DNA of 64,000 nt. Source: Octopus sinensis. Its lineage: Eukaryota. Within the stretch, counting starts at the first letter, position 1. The number at the start of each line of letters is the position of its first letter. Shown here piece after piece: positions 40,017-52,985 of this stretch. The position numbers and the translations under genes are program-made. Location of the stretch: the NCBI RefSeq assembly GCF_006345805.1, contig NC_043013.1, forward strand, positions 38,254,001 to 38,318,000, in the 5' to 3' direction. A model generated the notes under the pieces. It ran no database searches, had not been told where the DNA came from, and saw nothing but the letters and a program-made list of their open reading frames with translations.

Positions 40017-40252
40017 AGGCGGCGAGCTGGCAGAAACGTTAGCACGCCGTGTGAAATGCTTAGCGATATTTCGTCTGCATTACGTTCTGGGTTCAAATTC
40101 CGCCGAGTTCGACTTTGCCTTTCATCCTTTCGGGGTCGATAAATTAACACCAGTTACGCACTGAGGTCGATGTAATCGACTTAATCCCTTTGTCTGTCCT
40201 TGTTTGTCCCTTGTATGTTTAGCCCCTTGTGGGCAATAAAGAAATAAGAAAC
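40017..40252 (+). mobile_element. SINE family D (beta unit) with TSD
   Basis: 14-bp near-identical duplication AGAAACTYGTATAA at 40004-40017 and 40247-40260. Confidence 0.9.
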
Positions 40253-40293
40253 TCGTATAAAACATTAAAACATTATCATAAATTATAATAACC

Positions 40294-40855
40294 GTGAATG
40301 CGCATGACTAAATGGTTAGGGTATTCGACTCACGATCGTAAGGTCGTGACTTCAATGCCTGATGGCGCGTTGTGTTCTTGAGCAAGATGCTTTATTTTAC
40401 GTAGCTCCAGTCCACTCAGCTGGCAAAAATGGGTAGTACCTGTATTTCAGAGGACCAGCCTCTTCACATTCTGTGTCATGGTGTATCTCACTGAGAACTA
40501 CATTAACGGTATCTGTGTCTGTGGCGAGCTGGCAGAAACGTTAGCACGCCGGGCGAAATGCGTAGCCGTATTTCGTCTGCGTTACGTTGTGAGTTCAAAT
40601 TCCGCCGAGGTCGACTTTGCCTTTCATCCTTTCGGGGTCGATAAATTAAGTACCAGTTACGCACTGGGGTTGATCTAATCAACTTAATACCTATGTCTGT
40701 TCTTGTTTGTCCCCTCTGTGTTTAGCCCCTTGTGGGTAGTAAAGAAATAGGTATCTGTGTCTGTGGCGTGCTCAGCCAATAGCACGTTAATTTTATGAGC
40801 AGGCTATTCCGTTGATCAGACCAACTGGAACACTCGTCGTCGTGCCCGATGCAGA
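40294..40855 (+). mobile_element. Decayed SINE family C (tail-1) interrupted by a D element
   Basis: C head and CORE-like block; tail-1 resumes after 40768. Confidence 0.8.
40523..40754 (+). mobile_element. SINE family D (alpha-type end) nested in a C element
   Basis: 19-bp duplication GGTATCTGTGTCTGTGGCG at 40508-40526 and 40750-40768. Confidence 0.9.
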
Positions 40856-40995
40856 GCCAGTTTTGATCATTTCCTTTTTTTCTAACTTAAAGACAAATCC
40901 TATATATTTTAAGGGAGGATACAGGTGGGTATTGGTTATATTATATTCGGCCGCAACCCGTCAATATTCGAAAGGTTTGTTATTCAAACAGATTA

Positions 40996-41185
40996 TCCTT
41001 TCGACTAAAGGCACAAGGCCTGAAATTTGGGGGAGGGGACTGGTCGATTGCTACGACCCCAGTCTTTCACTGGTACTTAATTTATCGATTCCGAAAGGAT
41101 GTCCTCGATGGAATTCGACCTCGGCGGAATTTGAACTCAGAACGTAAGCGACGACTGAAATACCGCTAAGTATTTCGTTCAGCTT
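40996..41185 (-). mobile_element. SINE family D (gamma tail), decayed
   Basis: Core plus GGCACAAGGCCTGAAATTT tail. Confidence 0.75.
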
Positions 41186-41487
41186 GCCGGCTTGTTATTG
41201 AAACACAATGATATCTCAGCAATAGGCAAACTCAGAACTTAAGTAGACTTATTAATAAATACTTCATAGTACTGACCAAAAATCTGTTGATTCTCATCAG
41301 CTGTTGTCTTAGTAGAAATAATTGTTGTTTCCAATAAAGACATAAAACCTAGAATATAGTGGACGGAGTTAGCCAATTACATCTCCACCTCGTCATTATT
41401 TCACAGTCCTCCGAGACAACGGAAAGCAAAATGAACACTAGCCAGATTTCTGTACAATTTACAAGGAATATATTACATTTGTGTATT

Positions 41488-41692
41488 AGGCGACGAGCTG
41501 GCAGAAACGCTACCATAACCGGTCTTAGTGGCATTTCGTCCGCCTTTCTGAATTCAAATACCAGCGAGGTCGACTTTGCCTTTCATCCTTTCGAAATCGA
41601 TAAAATAAGTACCACTTGAACTCTGGGGTCAATATAATTAACTTGCCCACTCCCCCTCCGAACTTGCTGGCCTTGTGCCGAAATTTGAAACC
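41488..41692 (+). mobile_element. SINE family D (gamma tail), decayed
   Basis: Head, core and gamma tail are recognisable. Confidence 0.75.
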
Positions 41693-42299
41693 AATTTTAA
41701 AACCGCTTGTGTTGTTTGTTTGTTTTATTCTTCAGTTTACTGCAAGGATTTGAACTCAATATTCATGCTTCTACTACACGTAGCAGTGAGCTATATCTTT
41801 CCTTACGACTTCGTTACTGCTTGGCAGATTTAACAATACAGCTAACTGTGGCACACCACAATACTAATAATACAATACTGTTGATTCATCAAGAAACTTC
41901 GAACTCACAGTCAAAGAGATGTACGTTGTTCAATCAACTCAGCTACTGCGACTATCTTCTAATGACTACTGTAACTCATTTGTTAATTATTTTATAACGT
42001 CATAAATTGATAAATTATTACTTTTACAAAACACTGTCACATAGAATTTATTACTGTAGTAGACACTTTTGTTAGCAAGTCATTATTGTTTTACAAAACA
42101 ACACCATAAAAAATTATTACTTTTGCTCAAAACTCATAAATTTTACAGCTTTGACAAATGATTACTAGCTACTTACAATAGAAATTAATATGATAATTAG
42201 ACTTCTATCATAACATGGTGAGAGAAGCTGAAATAATTTTCTGCTGGCTACTCTATGTAAATAAGACTGACAGAGCAGTTCACTGTTTGATCAATGGCT

Positions 42300-43050
42300 G
42301 ATAATTCATAATGGTTGCTTTTTGCTTTTTCGCCATACACGATCTTCAACGGTTCTTCAAATGTTGTCTTCTATTACCCAGCTTCCAATATGGGGTCTAC
42401 CAAAGTTGCTTGCCTAAATATTTTGGTTTCTTATAATAGCTTCTTTAATAGAATTTTAAAGCACTTTCCTTTTGTGAGATTTTCTGTTATTTCTCTTTGT
42501 TATATTTCTCATTTCCTGCATCAGCATGAACCTGGCTGAGAGAATTGCAATTTCCCTCAACCTTTACGAGTCTTTCCAATCCTGATATCAAACCTACCTA
42601 TCTGCAAATCTACACTAAGTGTAGCTGTACTTTTTTCTTGCAATACATTCATGTTGGTGCTCGTTGTTTTTGTCTGTCCAAGTATCAGACATTGTACCAC
42701 TGCCAGGTCATTCAACATAACTCATTTCATATTTCAATCCATTTAATTCTGCCATTATCTAAGGATCCATCACCTTCGTCTTCATTTTCGAAACATTTGA
42801 TTTTGACCTCTCAAGTTTTGTCAGTTTTCCTCTTTTGTAAATCAATATTTTCTCTTTAGTATCTCATAAGTATTTACTCGGCGTGTTTTTCAACTTCTGC
42901 GCTAATTTTCAAATCGAATTTTAATGAATCTCATGGAAACATATTCTCTTACACTTCATTTATTTAATTCTTCTAATTATGTTTTTCATAATACCAGCTT
43001 AATCGATTTTTTTTCAGAGAGTTTCTCATTACATGTTTTTAAGTAAAGAA
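42300..43050 (-). mobile_element. Possible decayed Ty3/Gypsy pol fragment (RNase H end to integrase Zn region)
   Basis: A-rich minus strand with ILR.WQ, YEMSYV..PG..TMSD and QVHADAG-like pieces. Heavily disrupted. Confidence 0.3.
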
Positions 43051-43068
43051 CCCCATACAATTTCTTAT

Positions 43069-43134
<66 letters not shown>

Positions 43135-43146
43135 GCAGCACGAAAC

Positions 43147-43197
43147 TTTGTCAGTGAACAGGTCGCGGTCTCAAAGCGACGAAAATATTTTGACAAA
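43147..43197 (+). ncRNA. Hammerhead-topology relic inside (TA)n
   Basis: UUUGUCA-GUGAACA-G-GUCGC..GCGAC-GAAA-AUAU-UU|UGACAAA. It has a 7-bp stem I, 5-bp stem II and palindromic stem III; the core box differs from CUGAAGA at 2 positions. Confidence 0.55.
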
Positions 43198-43245
43198 TTA
43201 TATTTAAATGTTGAAGTGAATCTAACAGATTTTGTGTGTTTCGTG

Positions 43246-43304
<59 letters not shown>

Positions 43305-43334
43305 ATATAATATATATATATTATATATAATATA

Positions 43335-43375
<41 letters not shown>

Positions 43376-43378
43376 TAT

Positions 43379-43456
<78 letters not shown>

Positions 43457-43893
43457 TTGCATGCGTTTCAGTCCGTCCAAATATTGTGGCCATGCTGGTG
43501 CACAACCCGTGTTATCATTTTCTTACAATAACCATTCTTATGCAGTTGGCTTTTGGTGAAGGAGGGAGTTTGGCATTGCTGCCCTCTTATTCTCACCGTG
43601 TTATAGGTTCATCTGCTACCTTGGACAGCAGAATGTCGAGATGTATCACGAAAACGTCTACCCCTACTCCATGTAGATCCCTCAGGTGTTTTGACATGGT
43701 ATTTAAATAGCCGTGGGCTGATGCCAACCTCTCGCAGTACATTGTCCTCACTCTAAACGGGATTGCTGAGAACTTACTGATGTTAAACTGAAATCAGTTA
43801 AGGAGGACATTTACAGGTGTAATGTATCTCATTACGTTTGTGTACTTTCGTTGATCCATAAGAATTATTTGTTTGATTTAAAACTTATTACAT

Positions 43894-44292
43894 AGGCGCA
43901 GGAGTGGCTGTGTGGTAAGTAGCTTGCTTACCAATCACATGGTTCTGGGTTCAGTCCCACTGCGTGGCACCTTGGGCAAGTATCTTCTACTATAGCCTCG
44001 GGCCGACCGAAGCCTTCTGAGTGGATTAGGTAGATGGAAACTGAAAAAGCCCGTCGTATATATATGTGGGTGTATATGTTTGTGTGTTTGTGTTTGTCCC
44101 CCCCAGCACCGCTTGACAACCGATGCTGGTGTGTTTACGTCACGGTAACTTAATGGTTCGCCAAAAGATAGCTATAGAATAAGTACTAGGCTTACAAAGA
44201 ATAGGTCCTGGAGTCGATTTGCTCAACTCAAGGCGGTGCTCCAGCATGGCCGCAGTCAAATGACTGAAACAAGTAAAAAAGTAAAGAGTAGA
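43894..44292 (+). mobile_element. SINE family A, full length
   Basis: Colinear with the other A copies. Confidence 0.9.
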
Positions 44293-44763
44293 GTATAACC
44301 AGATGAAGTCTTTATACTTTAGGCCTTTAAGGTATAAATTAATTAGGACCCTAAATTTGTGCATTAGTTTTTACTGATTATAGTTAATTATTTCATAACA
44401 ATGGCTATATTCAAACATGAGCTAGGTGAGATTTTTGCAACAGTCTATATCTATTTCGACAGCAGTTTTTCCGTTTTTTGACTTCTTTTATAATGAGTTT
44501 TGAATTGGTCTTCAATGCAATTATATCTTCCTATTTTGTTGCGCTGAAATTAAAATGTACTCATTGTTTTGTTAGAAACTCGTATAAAAACTACTTCATA
44601 TTAGCACAGAAATTATTGAATTTTAATATTTACTGTCAGGCGGATAATAATCCTTTTTGTTTCTGTCCGTAGATTCACTAAAGTAGATTATTCGTTTCAG
44701 GCATTTGACTGCAGCGATGATGGACCACCACCTTGAAGATTTTGTCGAACAGATTGACGCTAT

Positions 44764-44926
44764 AGGCGTAGGAGTGATGTGTGGTAAGTAGCTTGCTTAC
44801 CAACTACATGGTTCCGGGTTCAGTCCCACTGCGCGGCACCTTGGGCAAGTGTCTTCTACTATGGCCTCGTGGCGACCAAAGCCTTGTGAGTGGATTTGGT
44901 AGACAGAAACTAAAAGAAACCTGTCG

Positions 44927-44964
<38 letters not shown>

Positions 44965-45205
44965 ATATATGTATGTATGTGCGTGTGTATATGTTTGTGT
45001 GTTTGACCCCACAACATCGCTTGACAACAGATGCTGGTGTATTTATGTCCCCGTATCTTAGCGATTCGGCAAAAGACACCGATAGAATAAGTACTAGGTT
45101 TACAAAGAATAAGTCCTGGGGTCGATTTGCTCGACTAAATGCGGTGCTCCAGCATGGCCACAGTCAAATGACTGTAAATAAGTAAAAGAGTAAAAGTGTA
45201 AAAGA
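44764..45205 (+). mobile_element. SINE family A, full length
   Basis: Colinear with the other A copies. Confidence 0.9.
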
Positions 45206-45438
45206 GCTAGTACGTATTTTTGAAATACACACACACACACACGCACACACACACACACACACACACATAAATACATACATACATACATACAAACACGCAC
45301 ACACACATGTTTATATGTAATTTTGGGCACTAATGGGTATACGTCAATTAGTATGTTCTATGAAGCACATTCACAGCTTGGGCTACCTGGTGTTACCCAC
45401 GATTGGTATATATTTCCTCTGGATCTATGTCGGTTGAG

Positions 45439-45546
45439 ATAATAATTCATGAAGGAAATGGAAGATAGATCTAGCATTAGTCTTTATTCAGTACTGAAGA
45501 AAGACTAGTGCAAGATCTATATTCCGTTTCCTTCATCAATTATTAT
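45439..45546. repeat. Spacerless imperfect palindrome (~54-bp arms) centred on GTAC at 45491-45494
   Basis: Arms pair by hand with about 6 mismatches. Confidence 0.85.
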
Positions 45547-45551
45547 TATTG

Positions 45552-45589
<38 letters not shown>

Positions 45590-45898
45590 TGTGTGTGTGT
45601 TGTGTGTGTGTGTGTGCGTGTTTGTTTGTGTGTGAATGTATATTATACATGATGATTGCCACTCCTTTACCGAAGAAGGCCATCTCTTCAATTAATAAAT
45701 ACTGTCGTGAGATTTTATATGACTAGCAAGTCCTGCTCTTGACAAGCAACATCCACTGCAGATTCTACAAATATTTCAAAGCAGAAAAGTGACTGGGATT
45801 GTAGTTAAGTCCTGTCTACGAAGCAGTCGTTTCAAGATAGATTGTTCAATTCTTGGAGCTTCAGATGCTTTACATCTATTGTAGATCATTTCTTTCCA

Positions 45899-46001
45899 AG
45901 GCTATAGTAGAAGACTCTTTCCCAAAGTGCCACGCAGTGGGACTAAACTCGTAGCCATGTGGCTGGTAAGCAAATTATTTACCACACTACCCCTCCCACG
46001 C
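45899..46001 (-). mobile_element. SINE family A head fragment
   Basis: GGCTATAGTAGAAGAC..GTGCCACGCAGTGGGACT. Confidence 0.7.
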
Positions 46002-46003
46002 TA

Positions 46004-46046
<43 letters not shown>

Positions 46047-46052
46047 TATATA

Positions 46053-46084
<32 letters not shown>

Positions 46085-46469
46085 ATATTTTAATATATAT
46101 TATTTTTATATCATATTATATATTAATATACATATATTTATATATTTATATACATATATTATATATATATTATATTTATATCATATATATATTATATATA
46201 CGTATAGATAGATACATACATAACATACATACATACATACATACATACATACATACATACATACATACATACATACATACATACATACATACATACATAC
46301 ATACATACGTAGGTAGGTAGGTAGATAGATAGATATTACATACGTAACATGGTATAATTATGAATATGGCAAATTTTAGCCATTTCTCCGCGGACTGAAA
46401 AAAATAATGAAAAATTTTAATCGGTTAAGGTCCCATCTAAAAATGACACTGATGGTGATTGACTAAAGC

Positions 46470-47143
46470 CTGCAACAATCCTTAGTGAGGGAGAGAGCAG
46501 ACAAAGAAGCCTGAGTGATAAAAACAAAATCAAGTTAAACCCAAAGGCCTTCTTTCATTATGTCAATGAAACAGTCTCAGTACACTGCAAAATAGGACCC
46601 CTCTTCTAAAGAGATGGCTCCCTCACAGATAGCCCAACTGAGATCAGTGAGGTACTGAACGACCAGTTCAAAAGTGTCTTTATCATCCAGCTGGAACACA
46701 GACAAGTGAATGAACCAGTGAATTTCTTTGCCGCCTAACATATAACCAGCAAGGCAGTTACGATGGATTACATCGACATTTGCGATTACATCAACTAGCC
46801 ACAGATGAGATGGACGCAAACTCAACTGCTGGCCCTAATGGTTTCCCAGCAATCCTCCTTAAATCTTGTAAGCGTGCCCTGTCGAAGAGCTTTCTTGCAA
46901 ATAGCAGACTGCCAAGTAAACTGAAGAAGGGAATAATGTGTACATCGATAAAGGAGGAAGCAGAGTAGATGCCAAAAATTATAGGCCCATCTCTCTGACT
47001 TCACACATGGAACCGATAGTCAGAGGGAAACTAATCGCATTCCTTGAAGAAAACGACTTGCTGAGTGATACCAAGCATGGGTTTCGACCCAGTAGGAGCT
47101 GCCTAAACCGGTTCTTACAGCGCTATGACTGGATGTTGAGGCA
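46470..47143 (+). mobile_element. CR1/Jockey-group LINE fragment (tether plus RT N-terminus)
   Basis: Reads IKLNPKAFFHYV, SEVLNDQFKSVF, AGPNGFPAILLKSC, KGGSRVDAKNYRPISLTSH and LLSDTKHGFRPSRSC. Confidence 0.85.
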
Positions 47144-47414
47144 TTATATATATTTATATATATATATATATATTATATATACACATTATATACATACATT
47201 ATATACATATATATTTTATATATACTCATTATATATATTCATTATATACATATATATTATATATATATACATCATATACATATATATATATATACATTAT
47301 TTACATATATATTATATATGTATATATATAATATGTATATATATATACATACAATATGTATATATTATATATATATATACATTATTTACATACATATATA
47401 TATATATATAACAC

Positions 47415-47446
<32 letters not shown>

Positions 47447-47476
47447 TATATATATTTTATATATAACATATATATA

Positions 47477-47518
<42 letters not shown>

Positions 47519-47556
47519 GTATATATATATATATGTATATATATATGTATTATATT

Positions 47557-47603
<47 letters not shown>

Positions 47604-48746
47604 CATGAACGGATAAGGATTTTTCTGAAGAATATTCCTTTTGAAATTTCTCTTCGTAAAGGCAAAGCCATGTTTCACTTTCCTCTTTGAAGTGATATAA
47701 TTTCCTCATTTTCGTATACGTCTTTCTTCTATAGTTTACAGATATTTTCCTAAAGGTGTCCCTTATACTTCCTTAGAGAATTCAATAAACATCTCTGCAT
47801 CCATTGCCATATATTTCTCTTCATTAATGATCACTATTAATCTTAGTAGCTCTGTTTCCATTCTGAACATTTCTTTCGTTATTCTCTCTTGAAGTTGTTT
47901 TTGTTGCTCGGGTTAAATTTTTTTTTTGTTTTTGTTTCTTTGTTTGATTGTAATCTTCTTGAAAAATTATTCGTGTTGAATTCGTCCATCTTTTATATGC
48001 GACAACTTTATTGCTGCTCTTAACTTTATTCGAAAAATAAAAAAAAAATAAATAAAAGAAATGCTTGCGTGTGTGAAAGTTCTTCTGTCAAACGTGACCA
48101 ATATAGCTTTTAATCAAAGTTTTTCAGCGTAGAAACACTTTTGTTTCTCATAATTTTTTCTGTTTTTTTTTTTATTCCTATAGTTTCTAGTATTTGGCAT
48201 ATTTGGTACAAATCCTGACTAACCTGCATGGAATTTATATTTCTTTCATTTTCATTAACTTCTCAGTCAAAACTTTGTGGGTTATTAGCTATTTTTTCAC
48301 CTACACTGATAATTTCGAAGTCATTTCTTTTAATCCTATTGATATATCTTCGTTTGTTGCGTTTTCCGTTTTATCCGTTTTTGGAAGCATTTGATTTCTC
48401 TCGTGTCATAATTAATATGTGAAAAGAAATATTGTATTGCAATTAGTAAATTTAATTCGAAATACATATCAGTTTCACTTCTTATGGAAGATTATCATTG
48501 AAAGGTACACGCTCAATTGATACCTATTAGCTTTCATTTAAGTTATACTGAAGTTAATCGACCAGGTTCACAAGTACACACGTGTCTGTGTGTATGGTGG
48601 GCTTTTATAAAACATAAAGACTAAAGAATTATTTAGCTTACACGCGTTTCGAATAACTAGACATATCCCATGCTCTCCATTTTACAATATGAAACGGGTA
48701 GCATGGCATTTAAATCTTCTTTGTCTATCACATTTCAATCGATCAG

Positions 48747-49017
48747 TTTACATTATTTACATTCGACGGATAGTTGTCCTCGTCTTGTTTGTTTTTAACA
48801 CAACGTTTCGGCTGATATACCCTCCAGCCTTCTTCAGGTGTCTTGGGGAAATTTCGAACCTGGGTTCTCATTCCTAAGGTATTTTTCGATGTTATTATTA
48901 TTATTGCTATTATTATTGTTATTGTTGTTGTTGTTGTTGTTCAGGTCACTGCTTGGAATCGAACTCGGAATCTTGGGGTTCGTAGCCTGCGCTCTTAACC
49001 ACTACGCTATATGCCCG
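48747..49017 (-). mobile_element. tRNA-Arg-headed SINE-like element carrying a hammerhead ribozyme
   Basis: Head GGGCATATAGCGTAGTGGTTAAGAGCGCAGGCTACGAACCCCAAGATTCCGAGTTCGATTCC (A and B boxes, CT-ACG-AA loop), then an (AAC/AAT)n spacer, the HHR, and a tail shared with 3789-3996. Confidence 0.8.
48797..48842 (-). ncRNA. Minimal type I hammerhead ribozyme (Penelope-type)
   Basis: GACAC-CUGAAGA-A-GGCUG(GAGGGUAUAU)CAGCC-GAAA-CG-UU|GUGUU. Predicted cut is between 48802 and 48801. Confidence 0.78.
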
Positions 49018-50321
49018 AGGGCGTGTCTTACTTCGTGTATATAGCTTCTAATAACAACCATTCAAGAGAGTAGTATTTAGTCATTCACAGACTTCATGCT
49101 GTTGGTATTCAACTGACAAATTCCTGGTTCACAGCATTTGCTTTTCTAACCTACACTTAACATTGTAAGTACTTTCATGGTCATTGCTCTGATGAATTAC
49201 TGATTTAGGAATCTCTGTCAGGAAATTTATGTGTATCACTTGCTTCACTTCCCACGAAGCTCTAGCAAGAAGCTGCATCTTAATCCTTCAATCCTTTTAT
49301 TCCTGCAGCTTATTTCCTCAAACTGCTGTTCTCTGGAACTCACTAGCATAGTCATGATTTTCTGTGATCTGTTACCTTCAGTCTTTCGAGTGTGTAAGTT
49401 CCTGCTTCTCTTTCTTTCTTGTTCCTTACGCCACAATAGCTATGAGCCTCGTTTGGGACAAAATCTATTTTAAAAAATAAGCATAAAAGAAGGCAGGGTG
49501 TAGTTTGAGGTAGATGCGGCTGCCATATCGATGCAGGTTAAGCAATCATATTTTGTGGCTTCTTTCTTGGCCCGAAACGGTACACAACGTAAACATTTTT
49601 TGAATGGCTACATTGCTGACATGAGTTTCCTCTGAAACACCTCTGCTAAGGATAGGATCTGGCTTGCTAGGAGAATCGTGAGACCACTGCTGAGACGCTT
49701 CCACAAAATAAAAAGGCCTTTAAGAAAACCTATTATAGCTGCGACTCCATCTAAGAATATCTGAAGAAGGAATACTATTCCGAAATATCGTATCAGACTA
49801 TGGATGACTAATTTACAACAGGTATAGAGCACATTGTCATTATTATAGTGCATTGTTGTACCATTCAAAACTGTTTATTCTTTGATTCATTTGATTTTTA
49901 GCGACCTTGTTGTTGATGCTTTCAATACAAATTGGCCAGAGAATTACCTTATCCTCCCTCAATGGGATATAAATCTTTCGACTCTACCATTCTCGGTTTT
50001 CTGCTAAATATCACCAACTGTTAGAGTAAAACTGGCGGCTTTCCAAGAGCTTAACTTCCACTCTGCTGCACTGGTTTTATATATGCGTAGTATTTCACGG
50101 AAGTACGCATACGTAGCACACTCTCACATATGTGTTTGCTGGTGCATGCGCACACTAAAGATACATACATGTGGGAGTTGGGGGTGACGTGCGTGTGCTT
50201 TGTGTTAATGATCTTGTGTGGGAATACAGACGTGCTGGTTTCCGTGTCAAAGTATTATAGAGCTGTGTGTACTAATATACATACATTACACACATATATA
50301 CATACGTATGCATATATACAT

Positions 50322-50376
<55 letters not shown>

Positions 50377-50822
50377 AGTGTATATATATATATATATATA
50401 TTTACTGAGAGATGTTTTTTATAGTCTTGTATTCATATATATTTCTTGTTTTTTTTTTTTGGTTCTTTTTTGGTAGATATCTCATAAGAATGAGTTGAGT
50501 GAAACTGGTAACTTAATGACTAATTACAGATTAGAAGCCATAAATGTATAATGTCATAGTTGAACAAGTTATGAACATTATACATCAAAGGTTAAAGTTT
50601 ATTACAACAACACTGCAGCAAATAAACTAAATTAATAAGGAAGTACAAATTGCACTGCAAATCGCATAGAAAAAAAATAAGGAAAAATAAATGCTAGCAA
50701 ATAAATAAAAAGAGAAAAAAAATTGAAAATACAGTTGCATCTTGGTAGAGTCTGGAGTCATTGTAAACACTGGAAAGACACATACACTATTGTTTTAAAT
50801 AATTCTTCTATAAATGGTGTAC

Positions 50823-51025
50823 GTGGAGGCGCAATGGCCCAGTGATTAGGGCAGTGGACTCGCGGCTTCGATTCCCAGCCCGGGCTTTGTGTGTTTTTAT
50901 TGAGCGAAAATACCTAAAAGCTCCACGAGGCTCCGGCAGGGGGGGGGGCGACCCCTGTTGCACTCTTTCGCCCCAACTTTCTCTCACTCATTCTTCCTGT
51001 TTCTTGAGTAACACTGCGATGGACC
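50823..51025 (+). mobile_element. SINE family B head and body with the start of tail-3, truncated by a LINE
   Basis: B head; ends CACTGCGATGGACC, resembling the tail of 55530-55838. Confidence 0.8.
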
Positions 51026-52128
51026 TTACCATGGTCCTGGAGGCAGTTCTTTTTAATGTGACCTGGCTACAGGCACGAGTGATACTTGAAGGGATGTCTC
51101 TCAAGTATCACCGGATACCTGCAGCTAGCCATTTTTTAAAAATCTGGAAAAACCAGATCTGTTGCGGCCGATGGGCTCCACAGGGTCAAAAGCGATTTTG
51201 ACCCTTCCCAATCGACCGCCGGCAATACCCTTACATTTAAGAGCCTGAGCCCGCTATTCACCAGTCCCTGTCGGATGGTATCTTCAATCCAGCCCGCCTC
51301 GGTGCCAGAGGGAACCCACATACCCAGGCTCTTATTAATTTCCTCCTACAGTACGACGGAAGGAACAGAATTTCGTTGCCCTCTAAGGGCTGACTTCCAG
51401 TTGTCAAACAGCAACCATACTGTTGCATGTTTGACATCAAGGAATATGTATTTCACAGAGGGCAAATAATCTTCCAGTTCATTTTCTATAACTGGTTTTG
51501 GGAAGACGGTGATGGAATCAAGAACTTTAGAATAAGTTCTAGCCACCACCGTTCTCTCTTCCATATCTTTTAACCACTGCTTGGGTGGGACAATCTCTCA
51601 CTCAAAAGCAGCGGCACCATTCTTTATCGTCATGAGGAAGAAAGTTCAAATGTCCACAAACATAGAAATACACTAAAGAAAAAAAAGGCCGACGAAAAAT
51701 ATAAGACAAAAGAAAACAAAAAGGACAGTTCAAAAATTAGAAGGAAAAACACGGAAGAAATAAAAAATATGGTTCCAAATGGCAACAACACAATTCCGGC
51801 CACAGGTACTCCTGGTCCTCTTCTTTGGCTGGTACTCCGAGCTGGAATCTTAAATCCACAGAAGACGAATCTACGCCACAATGGGCTACAAAAATTTTCA
51901 ATGACTGGAACAAACTTCAATCTTTGGGCGGGGATACACACCCAACATTTTTTTCAACAAGCAAAAATCACAATAGCCGCCGAGAGCAGGCGAAATTGTC
52001 CCAGAGCTGGGTGAAAGTTACTGAAAAAAATTCCAAAACAATAAATCACGCCCAGCTCAAAACAAACAAAATCACCTACCTCGAACGGACCTCTTAATTT
52101 TCAGTTTTAGGACGGAGCGCACTAGCTC
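51026..52128 (-). mobile_element. LINE 5'UTR plus ORF1 remnant (L1/Tx1-like, zinc knuckle)
   Basis: The minus strand reads MEERTVVARTYSKV..PSYCRRKLIRAWV and YHSCL*PGHIKKNC (decayed CX2CX4HX4C). Confidence 0.6.
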
Positions 52129-52890
52129 GTGTCCTCCTTGTTCAAGTGTTGAAGCAAAACACCAATGCGCATGTGCGTGGTGAGCAGGCTACTAACCACA
52201 CAGCCACTCCTGCACATTGTATAAATTGTGGCTATACTACCTTGTCAAATGATTTGTCTTCTTAAAGTTTATAACTGAAAACACGTTGGACCTCATTTCT
52301 TAACGATAATTAGGACATGATTACAAGAGTAAAGGTTAGTTATTTCTTCTTTTTTTTTTATGGTATCATATTAAATATGCACGTGAACAGCAGCGTGTTG
52401 TAGAAATAATAGAGTGATGGTTATAGTGTCATGCGGTAATTATTTACGTCCCTTTGTGTTCGGAGTAGAAATCGCGCCGGGTTGACTTCGCCTTTCATTC
52501 ATGCGGAAGTTGAAACAATCAGCGATGCTAACCTTAACAATAATACATTCTAGGTTAATTAAAATTTTACATATTTGAAAAGGAAAAGGAGCTAAGAGAA
52601 AATAACTGAAAGGGGTCAGAAACATGAATTTGGACGAAAATGCTGTACGAAGCATTCTTAATTTATTAAAATTTCGCTCAACAAATAGAGATCGGGAAAA
52701 TTATACTGGATTGAAATAAGTTCTAGGGTGGTTGATATGATCGATTTAAACCCCTGGAAACTGTTTTCCAGGATGTCCGCAGTCCATTGACTGAAACCAG
52801 TAGAATAATTATGTATTTCACATGGCAGACTGACCTCACTTCGGAGATTTGAATGAAAAGACGATAATAAGGGAGAGAAAGAAATGAAGG

Positions 52891-52985
<95 letters not shown>

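Noticed and set aside
48943-49016. Functional tRNA-Arg(ACG) gene
   Set aside because: The acceptor, anticodon and T stems are mismatched and no oligo-T terminator follows, so it is better read as a SINE head.
47600-50050. Single Gypsy element (gag-like 47600-48420; integrase-like ENGRVER near 50000)
   Set aside because: The motifs are too decayed and their order on the minus strand is inconsistent with one element.
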